Assembly (NCBI GenBank): GCA_001949185.1
Contig: BDGG01000002.1
Location: 124,001 to 188,000 of the forward strand
Origin: Ramazzottius varieornatus
Taxonomy: Eukaryota; Animalia; Tardigrada
Reading direction: 5' to 3'
Length of the DNA stretch: 64,000 bases
Below, one piece after another: positions 1-11,900 of the stretch (position 1 is its first letter; every line of letters begins with the position of its first letter). The notes under the pieces were generated by a model. That model saw only the letters and a list, made by a program, of their open reading frames with translations, had not been told where the DNA came from and made no database searches. Both the position numbers and the translations under genes were made by a program.

Positions 1-3000
1 TAAATCGAAATCTATTGCCGCAAAAGCTTGAGGTAGCCGAGCCTGTGGTCAGCGCTGGTTTCAACAAGGAAGTCAACTTCCTGTTCGGAGAGATGGACAA
101 GCCAGAAACGGGGTAAGCGTTGGTCTTTTTTATTCGGTTGCCTAGGTCAAGTGGCGCACAATTGATTCTGATGGTGTAATATGACGTCACGCGCCAATGT
201 GCATGGTAAACGGGCGAGCGCGATCTGCCCACGTCGCGAACACCTGCAGACAGTACGTCGTGCGGTTGACGTTGTTCGACTGTATGTGGGTGCTTGCGGT
301 CGTTTGTTCCTTGTCTGTCTGTTTCTGTCTGTTTTTGCAGCCTTTTCTGCTTTTCTTCGGCGACTCTTGACCTGGACGTTGTTAGGCTGTCACTTCGCAG
401 CCAATACGTTGTCACTTCGCAGCCAATAACCCCATTGCTCTTTCAGGTTGAACGGTACTGGAGCCTTGCATACTCCGGGATTGCCCATCAAGCCTCACTT
501 GCAGAGCTATTCGCTTCTGACTCCGACCGGCACAACAGTGAAAATGTTCACTTTTCCCGAGCGTCCTCCTCCTTCCTCTGAGTAAGCGGCATCGGGTTTC
601 TCAGTGCTTCTGTACTCAATGGTATAATATGAAGGTCAGTTCTTATCTTTCAGGGAGAACCTTGTCAGGGATATCGTGGAAGCGTTTCGACAGCTGGAAT
701 CTGTCTCGTAAGCTTTCTGTTTGCGCTGTTTGTGTCCCTTTTTTAACCAATAGTACCCGCATCGATGATGTGTTGTTGCTTGCAGCGTCATCCCAGAACC
801 GCAAATGATTTTCGAGCCTGTTTTCTACAGCGTGGAGGCGATCAATGCGCTGTTTGTGGCTCTGGCCAAGCCGGGATGTCGTCTGGACGTGATCGATGTG
901 ATCGCCCAGCTGAATGACCTCTTTGGACAGTTCAGGCACCTGCCATCGGCCAAGGGGCAGTACTTGAAGAAAATGTGAGTAATGCACTGGTCGAATATCT
1001 TGAAGGAGTGTCATAACGGTAGCTTGGACCACTGATCTTGCAGGCCGGCAGCCGGAACAGTTGTTTTGGCTCCTTACAAAGAAGAGGGCAGTGTAGAGGA
1101 ATGGTTCCGAGGTCTCGTTACAAAAGCTTGCGCAGACGACGTCCATTGTGATGTCCTTTACTCCGATTTTGGCAACTCGACGGTACGTTCCTCTTTTGCA
1201 AAAACCGAGATACAAAAGTATTTGAGAAACGGAAATATAAGAGAAACTTAAAGCACAAGGAACAGAAGTTTCGTTCAATTTTCGCAACTATCAAAAATCT
1301 TTATTACAAAGACCATATTCTGTACTCAAAAAGTGAGGAGCTAAGCGGTAACAGAAAACAAATAACTATACCTTGACACATCTAAAACGTAAATCAACTC
1401 ATCAAGACCCTTGGTATCTTTTACGGTGGAGAGTATAGAATAAGAATTTTCACGCCGAATATCTATTGACACTCTCTGCTTAAAGAAAGAGAAGGATCTA
1501 GATTCGCCCGATACTTCTGTCATCTTTCTTCCAGTAGACTCAAACAGCTCCGTCGCACAAGGTCCCCATGGTCCGAGGGTCTCCAGACCAACAGGGCAAA
1601 ACTGAAACTAACTTCCGATGTCCTGGTATTTGGTGATCTTCTTTTGGCAGCATCAGCAGCTGATCCGGCTTTGACCATTGACATGGCAAAGTTGGTGAGC
1701 GCCAGGGTATCGACCACCGTGATGTCCCACACCAACTCTTTACCATTCTTCCAAGGAACTTGCGTCAAACCGTCTGGGTGCCTCTTATCCTTCATGAAGA
1801 TCCTGGAGGTTCAAGGATGGCTGGAATCTGGGCTGATGTTAGAGCACGCTTGAGTGACTCGTTTAGCGCGCTGTGTCTGCTGAAACGACCGCCGGTAAGC
1901 CTGCAGCTCAACCCGTGCTGGCCATACTCGTCCACGTTGGCACCACATCGACATGTACGAGAGCGCCACAGCTTGGCACCTAGATTCAAACCAACGCTGA
2001 TCCGGAGGTCATTGTTGTCGAGCAGATAACCCAGAGAGAAGGAAGGAAGCGCGTGGAGCCAGGAACCTGCATTCTTGTCTGAAACGGCAAGTAGTCTCGC
2101 TTTATCGTTATCCAATGCGGTACTTACGAGGTTCTCGCGGATATCTTTGAGAAGAGGCGTATCCCAGGCTTTCTGTTGGAGGCGTAGATCTAGAAGAGGA
2201 GGTTCAGCTGTGGTGAGACTCCACTTGGCAACGGCGAGGTTGGCTTCGCTGTCCAAATCGGCCTGAGGAAGGATGTCGAGCACCAGTTGGCGTACGGAAT
2301 GGATCGATGCCAAGAAGGCAGGGAGCGCGATCTCTTCTGCGCGACGGATGCCTAATCCACCTAGACCGACCGGGAGTGTTGCATGTCGCCACGGACTGGA
2401 AGTCATCTCAACGTTCGTAAGCTCCGCCAGACTTTCACGAACCACCTCGTCGAAGTCTTCCAAGACCCACGGGACCTTCCAGACGGGAGAGCACCGAAGG
2501 ATGTAGAGGAGCTTGGGTAGACAAAGGCAGTTCTTTAGGAGGAAGAGGGCCTGGTGGGCAAACAAGTTTAGTTTTGTCTGGACTAACTTTGTCTGGACTC
2601 CCATCAGTGGAGCACCCAGCAGACTCAGGTTATTCCTGCACGGGGAAAAGGATACCTGGACAGGCGGTTGCCGCTGCTTCTTGGCTGGCGTGGCGTTCTT
2701 GGAGTGAACCACCGAAAGCGAAGAGCTCACACTTGGATGGGTTCAACTCCAGTCCCAATTTCCTCCCTTCTTCCACCACCACCTGCAAATCAGACAAGAC
2801 ACGACCGATCTCACCACCGATGCTATCATCGTCAAGAAACCACACATTCAGTGGTGACTTTAGAGTCTGGGTGAGGTTCTCGATTACGAGGCAAAATAGA
2901 AGGGGCCCCAAAGGATCGCCCTGTTGCAAGCCCCTTGCGGCCTCCATGGTGTGCTGACCGAAGAGAAGCTTTGAGTGATGCCTATAGGTCTGCCAGACGA

Positions 3001-6000
3001 GAGCGTAGTAGGCTGGCAAAACTTCCCTGACAACACGGAGCAGAAAGTCGCGGTGTATCGTGTTGAAAGCATTCCAGAAGTCAAGCTTGGGTTCAAAGAA
3101 GGCTCGGCGAAGCTAAAATAAGCCGCTTTAGCTGTTCTTAGCCGTGGCAGAGTGATACACGTGCCGAAGCTGTTTGCCATGCCAGGCATTGGATAGTATA
3201 GCACAATCACGCGGAGAGTTGGGTTTGGCAGGCTATGGGGTTCTTTTACCAGTGGAGGAAGCAGCAAGTTTGTTCTGGCTAGTGTTCAGCATTGCTCTCA
3301 GTGAACTGACGCAGCTTTGACTTTTCTTCCCACTCTGTCAAGCAACTTTCTGCCAGATCCGTTGTTCCGTTTAAAAGTTAGATTTTGAGGGCTAACTTTT
3401 TGCTCAAAGGAAAAAACATTTGCGGCCACTGCAAGCCGGTAGAATAATTAATACAGTAGTAAAGTTAATTGCGTGTTACAAACTGTACTCGAACAACACT
3501 CAAGACCACCATCCTACACACACTGTCTGATATGGCATACTTCCACCAAACCAATCAGACATCTATTCGGACAGGTTTCCTTTTCAATCTTGTCATTTTC
3601 ACACATGCAAGTACTGTTACCCACCGATGCTGCGTACGACATCACAAGTCACGTGTGCAACATACGCGACTACAGCACGTGACCTAGACGTCACCTTTAC
3701 CTCTATTTGGGCGGAGTTACATTATCCGATCCCAGTGGAGAAATCCTACGTCATCCAACTCTCCTCGTGATGTTCCATCAGAATTTTAGTACATTCTGCA
3801 CGTGTATCACTCTGGCCGTGGCTAGAATTATTTTAGCCACGGCTAAAGCGGCTTATTTTAGCTTCGCCGAGCCTTCTATACTTGAGTGAGACTTGGCTTT
3901 CGTTTCTGCCTTCTTCTTAGGAAACTACGGACTGCGTGGACTGCTGCTTCAGCTCCGCCTCGCGTACCACACCCAACCTGCTCTGGATGCACTCTTCCTT
4001 CCATCTCGCGACCCATTCTTCTGGCAACGATCTTCTGGCAGCGTCCGGAATCTTCCCGTGGAGCATCTGCGTGGTCAGTTTCGCCCAAGCTTCCGTCAGC
4101 GCCACCGTTGCTCCGTTCGGTGTGCCCCCTATCATGTCTTTAAGATGTTGTGGCTTCGAACCATCGCCCCCCCCCCCACCCCCCANNNNNNNNNNNNNNN
4201 NNNNNNNNNNNNNNNNNNNNNNNNNNNNNNNNNNNCCCCCACCCCCCCTCCCCCCAAGATCCGTTCGGAAAACTCTTCACAGCTGCGATGACTTCTTCCG
4301 TTGTCACCTCATCTGGTAGCGTTTCTTGGTTGGGCGGATCGGGAAACGAGCTGTCTGCACTTTCTGCCGGTTGCTTCTCGCAAGGGATTTCCAGGACTTC
4401 CGGTGTTGGAGCTGCCACAGAATCTTCCGAAAGGACTCGCAACGCTCCACTGATGTCGCCATCATTGATCTTCCCTTCCACCAACTTCTCGATCGCTTCG
4501 TCTTGGGGCTGTTTCTTGCTTGGCTGCTTGTTCCCAGGCTCGGCATCCAGTTCCTGTGCCAAGAGGTTGTCCTTGACAGCTCTTGTAAGGTTGCGTTTCT
4601 TGTTTTTCTGTTTTTCGGGCTGCTTCAAACCTGCAAAGCTAAAAGTCATCAGATTGCGCCGCGATGATTCAGACTTCTTCCCAATGACGTCTTCTATCCT
4701 GGCTTTCCAGCTTGTTGCTGCTAGCATTCGGGCACCCTCCGGGATTCTGCGGAAGAGTTTAGTCGAAGCCTTCAACTGCTAGAGGACTTCTGGATGAGGT
4801 CTCGACGCGAACAGCTGATCGGAATTTGACGCGGTTGATTGACTTGAAGCATCCACATTCTGTCTCCTTTCTTTCTTGGTTGGTCACACACGTTGACTTC
4901 CCAGTGTGTCTGCTCATGCCTCGGGCCGTGTAGAGCTCCCCGCACTCCACACATGGCACCTTAGACTCAGGCTGGGACATCTTCAATCGAGCTCAGCTTA
5001 GCATTCTGTAACAAAATCCAAGCCAACATAATCGTTCTACGGCATTGTTCTCCGTACCAAAACCGAGGAAGCAACCTACAGACATCCGGAGGCAAGAGTT
5101 TAGTCGAAGCCTTCAGTTGGAATAAGCTTGCTGCTGGAATTATCTGTCAGAATCACTGGATGACAGGGCGGCAGACGAAACGCACATGATCGTGCCTAAG
5201 TGATGCACGTTTTCATTGTGGTTGGCTGGAAGGGTGCGTCACTGTAGGTAGCAATCCGTACGTTTCGCTCACCGGTCACCCAAATGACCTTTGCACTTGC
5301 CGATTGCTGTGGTTCTCTCCATCGTCTATGCTTGTAACGTCGTGCCACTGTGCGCATTGCTTTCCCGTTTTGTAGACTATTCCCTTCCAAGACTTGATGG
5401 TTCTTCCGGCAAGTCTATGTGGGATCGCGCCCATCACGGTTCCCTGCCGCCTGGCTGGTTTCGGGTATGGTTTCCAGGCCCAACAGGCGGACACCATCCT
5501 GCGGGCCTTTCGGGAGATCATCAGTAAGGAACAAGGTGTGACGGGGCTAACCGGTCACGGCAACGGTAACAGCTCGGCAGACTTCTTCGAGATTGAACTG
5601 TTCCATCGCAATAACCGCCATCCCATCCAGCAGAAGATGGCAGCTCTAGGCCAAATGACTCCTCCCGGGTAATTGCTTGTGGCAAGAAAAAGGGTTCTTC
5701 GGTGATTTTTCCTGAATTCATGCGGTTTGCATTAACAGGAAGGTGGCCAATCGACATGGACGCGACATCGTTCCTTTTGGCGTACGAAAGGTTCGCGTCA
5801 AGGCTGAAGTCAAGGAGGTCAAGGACTGTCCTCTGCAGTTCTACGCCTGGCCCGATCTGCCTCACCATCACGACAAGGTCAAAGCTAAGCTGCGCACCAT
5901 CAGCCAAGCTCTGGCACGTCACTTCTCCAATGACTACAACTTTGCGGTGTAAGTCTCCAAGGTCATCGGTGAAAAGCTGAACGAAACTAAAATCAAAAGG

Positions 6001-6711
6001 CTCCTTCTAAATAAAAAACTGATTTTCTTGGGAAAGAAATATTCAGTGCTCCGTTATTCAGTTCGGTGCAAGTAGACCTTTTGGATATGGTGCGAGCTGT
6101 TTTTGTCCGGACAAAAAGTCGAAATGAAAAAGTTTCTAGTCTCTTTATAGGATTGAGCTTATTCTTTATGGGCGATTTTGACAGGCCGGAGGAAGGATGC
6201 TTGGTGGCAGTCCAGTTTCGTTCCCACAACTACCGGGGAGTGGTGACAGCTGTGTCGTACGTGACGAAGACGGTAGCTGTGCGGCTGATGGACTGGGGAT
6301 TGCAGCTGGACAAGCTGGCCTTTTGGCAGCTTCGTCCCCTGCAGCCCGTCGATATGGAAGAGGTCCCGCTGGCCATCCGCTTCCGCATCTCCTGGGCTGA
6401 TGATCAGTGGGCACGCCTGCCGCAAGATCTGGGTAAACGGAATCTGTTGATTGCTAGGGTATGTTATAATCACCTTGGTTTTTCCCGTTGTAGATGTGGA
6501 AGGCAAGAGGGACGCTCGTCTGGATGGCCTCCAGCATTTTCACTTCGAGGAAGGACAAGAGTATGAAGTCAAGGTCGAGCGAGTGCGCAGAACAGGGGAG
6601 GAAGACGAGCTGTATGGAGGAATACTGGCGGAACAAGTGGTGGAGGCGCTGATGAAGCTTCCGGCTGACAAAGGCAAGGAAAATGCAGAGGTTGAAACTA
6701 GCACAGTTTGA
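1..6711 (+). CDS. Multi-Tudor (extended Tudor, TDRD-like) protein, 3' part; 5' end outside window
   Basis: Phase-consistent GT-AG exons (approx. <1-112, 448-581, 654-707, 786-974, 1043-1182, 5376-5669, 5739-5948, 6185-6432, 6493-6711) give two extended Tudor domains: PAAGTVVLAPYKEEGSVEEWFRGLV...VLYSDFGNST|TIPFQDLMVLPASLCGIAPITVPCRLAG and PEEGCLVAVQF..NYRGVV...VRLMDWG...QLRPLQPVDMEEVPLAIRFRI. Confidence 0.8.
3090..3880. mobile_element. Non-autonomous DNA transposon nested in the LINE RT
   Basis: ~70-bp imperfect subterminal inverted repeats (AGAAGGCTCGGCGAAGCTAAAATAAGCCGCTTTAGC...CAGAGTGATACACGTGC); CTTG at 3086-3089 and 3881-3884; removing insert plus one CTTG restores RT SLKLDFWNAFN. Confidence 0.8.
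4186..4235. other. Assembly gap (50 N) flanked by poly-C
   Basis: Run of N in sequence. Confidence 0.99.
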
Positions 6712-8977
6712 GAACCTTCTTCTTTCGGGCCTTTTCTCAAAAGTTTTCAGTTTTCTGTCAAGAGTTTTTCTGTGATGAAATTTTTGTGGTCTCAATACCT
6801 TCTATCCACTCCTCTTTTGTAAATTTTATCCGCAAGAGTATTTTGCCAAAGAATCTGCCATTTTATGCATTTTATATAGTAATTGCCCTCTCTGAGTTGA
6901 CTTCTGAAGAAGAGTTTCCAAGATGATTAGGCTCGAAATAAAAAGCTTAATCTGGCGCTGTGTGGGTTCTGGATGATACTTCCGGCTCTCTTTCTGCAGG
7001 TGTTTCCGGCAGCAGTGGTATTCTTTCGCAGTGGAAGAAACGGGAAAACGATTAGAGACGTAGTAAGTTGTAGTCTGCTGCTCGTTGTATGTGGCCATGT
7101 GTTGATCACTGTCCAACAGAAGTGTTTCTATCGATAGGTGATTACATCGAGATGGACACTTGTCAACAGACAGACTTCTTGGCCATAAAGCTCTCTCTAT
7201 AAAAGAAATTGCAGTTAGTCACACGAGAAAGCTATGCGATATTGCAGCCTTGAATATAATTCAGGGGCGCAATATGACGTGATATACTGCAGACTTCTTC
7301 TCATTCTCTTGCTGCAAAGTGGCAATTTCAGATGTCAGGCTGACAAGAATGGGACAAGACAAACGTTAACACTCCGACACTTGATGCTGTCATTGTCGAC
7401 ATCTTTTGTGGCAATCTTGGGGAGCAAATGTATTATTGTTGCGCACTCGTGCCTTGCCTTCTTCGATTCCTTCTCGTTGCTCTTTGCTTCACAGCTTCTG
7501 CGGTACGAGAAGTGGAGAAAAAGATGGATTTGACTTCATGCACCTCTGTACTTCCGTCGCTGGCTAATGGGCGGCTCGTTGTATGTAGGTCGGTTAGATG
7601 CAGTTCGCGCTACTACTAATAAAATGAAGCGTCATGAGCCTGCGTGCAGTGTCAGATGTGCTTGATATGGTGCTTTGTATGCAGGTGTCGGAATGGAAGC
7701 GCAGTACGTGTTGCCGCCTTCCCCTTCATATGCTGTATACCGGAACTCGTACCGCCCAAAAGATGATAAAGAAGGAAGGTCGGCATGGGTTCTTTTGATG
7801 TTATCATCGATGACCACAGATGACAGTTTTCCTTGTCAGTTGTCATTTTGTAAACTTCAATAAGCACACCTCTAATATGTTTTAGGATGCGCGTCTTCGG
7901 AAAGTGCGGGATTATACTACAAGTCGAACGGAATGGATGTGATTGATTGCTGAGGAAAACACCCACGTGTCTGCATTGATAGCCTTGCAGAAGTAGGATC
8001 CCTCGTCACCGTCTCACCGGTAAGAAACGGGTTTTGTGCCTCATGTTTTGTTTTGGAAGGCGGGAGCACTCCCTCGCATCATTAATCTATTGCCGAAGTG
8101 CGAACACAAGACAACACGGAAACCTTCAGGGTGGTCTCCCAACCAACTGTCAGAAAAGTGAGAAATAACCATGATACTTTACCCAAAAAAACATTGCCCC
8201 TGTTTGTACAGCTAGCTACAGTAGGTTTGATGCTTGGTCCTTCGAGACCGACTGCTTCGCAGCTTTCCTTTGCAAGAGCCAGAACTCTTACCAAGGGTAC
8301 GTGATAATCAATGAGATACCTGAGAAACTCGCCATCATTTTATTCTCTAATTCAGCATCTGATTACGGAAGGGCAGAAAAGGACAGTTTGAAATGTGTCA
8401 GATTTTCCGCGATACTTTCATGAATCATGATATGTGTTATGTGACAGACGGAAGGGTTCCCTCATTGTTGGGTCAAAGAATGAGAGTGTTTGTGCAAGTG
8501 ACGAAGATGGCGATAAAGAGTGGATATGAATTGCAAAGCTGCGATATTGTTTTGACACGCCAATCAAACGTCCTTTCACTGCTCTGACTCCGTTTCTGAA
8601 TTGGAAGCAGCGCTATGCTCTAGTCAAAACAGCCAGTGGAAACAAGCGTACCTGTTCTCTTGGCCATCCCCGTATCCTCACACCATCGCTAACTGCTATG
8701 AGAAATTTATGCAAGGGTAAAGTTTCCAAAACAACTTGTCACTTTTTGTGGCCATTGGCTAGCCAAAAGTCAAAAGTGTAGCGACGCCGCGACAGCACTT
8801 GACATGATGAAAGGTCCCTCCTTACTTCTTGAATGTCTGACGGTCAGAGGCGGAAGAGAAGATGTTTCTCCGATAGTCCTTTTTGCGCATACTGGCAATT
8901 ATTGTCTGACAAACACAGCTCAGTGATACGTTTGCTTTTCTTACAGGTCTTCCTTGGAAGCATCTTCGACCAGGAAG

Positions 8978-11900
8978 ATGTGGAGCGTTTACCTATTTCT
9001 TCTCCTACTAAGATCTACGGGGTTTCTGGTCAATGTGGCAGCCCAGTCAGCCGAGGATATCCTGTTGAGCCATAGCCGCAACGCGGCAGAGGCGCCATCC
9101 ATTGTCGTCAACTTGACACTTCAGTCGGAAGATGGTGCCTATGTTGACTCACGCCAGGTAAGCCAGCACTCTTCTGCAGGCTTCAGTCGACCAGCCATCG
9201 GTTAGATTGTTCGGACGGATAACTTGGGAATTGACAATAGGTAGAAAACACTATTATGATAAATATTATCATTTTGAATTTTAGAACTAAGAAAAAAAGG
9301 ACTTCCGGGTCCTTCGGAAGAGCTTTGACACTCGGTGGCAGATAATGGCAAATGCTCATCTTTTAAACGGTGGAAAATAAGAAGTTGAGGTGGATATTTT
9401 GTCGTGTTTTCAATCTGTGGTTAATGGTTTGGTCGTAAACATGGACATGCGGCGTTGTTGGTGTTATGCGCAAGTGTTGACAGCTGAGCCTTGTCCCTCT
9501 AGATCACGGTGACCATTAGTCCACCAGTCGACTACCCGTCCACCTCGTCTTCCACTGATCCCAACGCTGTTGCGGAGGCCCGCCAGCTCTGGACGTGGAC
9601 GGCGTTCACTAGTTGGTCGAGCTGCAGCGCTACATGTGGTTGGGGCGTGCAGTCCGCTGAAAGATTCTGCGTCTTGGTCAGCGGCCTGCATGTTGTGCAG
9701 GCAGCGCCCACCGTCGATCCCTGTCTGCAGCAAGATGTCTACCACAGTAATTTAATTACGACATCTGCCGGGGGCATCAGTGGCGCGGGACTGTCCAGTC
9801 AGAAGCAATATCGGCGCTGTGAAATGCCAGCCTGTCACTCGCCACCTTCTTCTTACATCCCACGTGCGCCGCCACATCACCACAACGCCCTCGACGAGTT
9901 CCCCATTGCAGCAGAGGGCGATGCTCGCTTCCAGCTCTGCGCCGACTTCGACGAGAAGGAGTTCTCCCAAGGGACCAAGTACAGCTGGATCCCTTTCCAG
10001 ACAGGTACCTACAACCCAATCGTCCAACAAAAAGAACCTAAACGATTGTAACTTTGTAACAGCTCCGCAAGAAGCTGGATAGAGTGTTCCCCGCACTAAT
10101 ACCTCAATGCTCCAGCTAATAATATGGAACCTAAGCAGAAAAACTCGGCCAGATAGTTTTTCCAAGTGGCGCACGCTGCCGGCCAATTGGACGCCAAACA
10201 TGCGCCACTCTGGAATACAGTCAAATTCGGCTAGATCGTTTTTTCAAGTGGCGCAGTCTTCCAAGCAGATTGCCTGACAATGTGCGCCACTTGTGAAAAC
10301 TATTTTCCGAGCTCCCACGAAGTGTTGACTAAATGCCATGTTCTGGTGTGTTGGCAGTTCACGCTCCATGCGCCCTCCTCTGCCGACCATCGACCGAGCG
10401 GTTCTACGTGTCCTTCGCCAACCAAGTGCCCGACGGACTGTCCTGTGAGCGACTGCCCGACGCCAGTGACGTACGGTGGGACGGTACGATGGACAGTAGC
10501 AGCACGACGTCCATTTCCGGAGTGTGCCTGAATGGAAGCTGCCAGGTAATGCCATATGATGCAGATGATGACTTGACTGCAGGGGTTACCTAGGGGCAGT
10601 GGGCCGTATCGCCGCGCTGCATTACTTCTGTCAACATTGACGTAGTCTTGCGTAAGGAAAATAATCTATCTTTCTGGCTACTCTGAACCACTGTCATTCT
10701 TGGCTATCGATGTGCACTACGTGACAGGTTGATGTTGGTCGTGGGGATCATTTCTCCACATAGCTGACCTGAACTTGGCATGTCAGCCAACTGAGCCTGC
10801 CAAAGATTTATGAATGAAAACCTGGGTTTCCAAACTATCGTCCTACTCCAAGCCGAAATCTATGTAGGTCCCGGAGATGAGCTGTGATATTCAAAGGGCC
10901 AACGTTTTACTTCAGGTAGACTTCCGACCTGAAAGCTCACTGAATGAGGATCAGGGGTTAACTCGACCAAGCCGCACAGAAGCAGCTTCACTTTGTAACG
11001 TCATCGCGGCTGAGGTGTCGGCCTGTAGGAGAGTGGCGCCACCAGTGATTTCGGCTGTGCGTCTCTTCTTTCTCAGGATGACGGAATGTCAGATTGGCTT
11101 TTGATAATGCTGAACGGAAAAAACCGGATTTCGAAAGCCAGTCATCTTTTCTGTCAGCAGAGAACTGAGTATTGGCTAATTTGTTGTGATTATTTGCCAA
11201 GAGATGATATTATTAGTGAGCGCTTATAAAAGTGAGGAGGCAGTGCGCGCATGTGTGCTTTTTGGTGATGACCAAAACATTGGGCCGGTGGATGGATGTT
11301 GAAGAGAGACAGATCGAGCTAGCTCGCAGTTCGGTGGCGCAAGGAAGGCACATACAACAGTGGCACAAATATTACACAGGCAAAAGTATGGGTGTATCTC
11401 CCATCTGTCATAGATATATCTTGCACCTGCTTGGCTGCCATTAAATGTCCAAGTTAGGCTAACATCAGCGTTATTTTGACAAGATGATCACACAAATGCG
11501 CAAGATGCTTACTTTGAGTTAATTTGTACACTGTGTGGGGCTGTGTGTCCTGAGCAAATGCTTGATAAGGCCGCTGATATCCAAGTGATGATGTCTTATT
11601 AGGAGGAGCCCAGTTGAGGCATCACTCTGCTGTCCACCGACTTCTGGCCTGCCGCGTACCGGCCAGCAACAAGAGCCGAGGCTCTCTGTCACTGCCACAG
11701 CTGCCTTCTGTTAATATTTAGATGTGGCCTGCCCTGCACTTTTTGCAGGACAGTTGAACTTTTACCATTATTGAGATCATCTGCTGACATCGCGCCTTTG
11801 TGCGGCTGCTTTTTCCTGTCAGGGTCTTGGAAGAACTTCCTTGGAGCGGTGTAGATCGAGTTGGGCCCATAAAGGCCCTGCTTGTGCAATAGGTTGCCAC

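Larger units (their letters stand above)
1299..4986 (-). mobile_element. CRE-clade-like non-LTR retrotransposon (RT + restriction-like endonuclease), frameshifted, inside Tudor-gene intron 1183-5375
   Basis: N-terminal Cys/His motif CVECGELYTARGMSRH; RT motifs SFPNGS..DGFEPQHLKD, QVGCGTRGGAEAAVHA, KLDFWNAFN, GLQQGDPLGPLLFCL, WFLDD, GLELNPSKCE; zinc knuckle CRCG...HGLSC; REL motif RHPDG...VWDITV; AATAAA on minus near 1300; many frameshifts. Ends approximate. Confidence 0.9.

Noticed and set aside
643-1287. 214-aa minus-strand ORF
   Set aside because: Antisense shadow of the plus-strand Tudor exons; no recognisable motifs.
4166-4255. Poly-C/G tract as a functional G-quadruplex
   Set aside because: Surrounds an N gap where the RT motif needs only a few codons; likely homopolymer expansion or assembly artefact.
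6990-8020. Exon-like segments between the Tudor and ADAMTSL genes
   Set aside because: Splice-like signals exist but no consistent frame or recognisable product; may be UTR exons.
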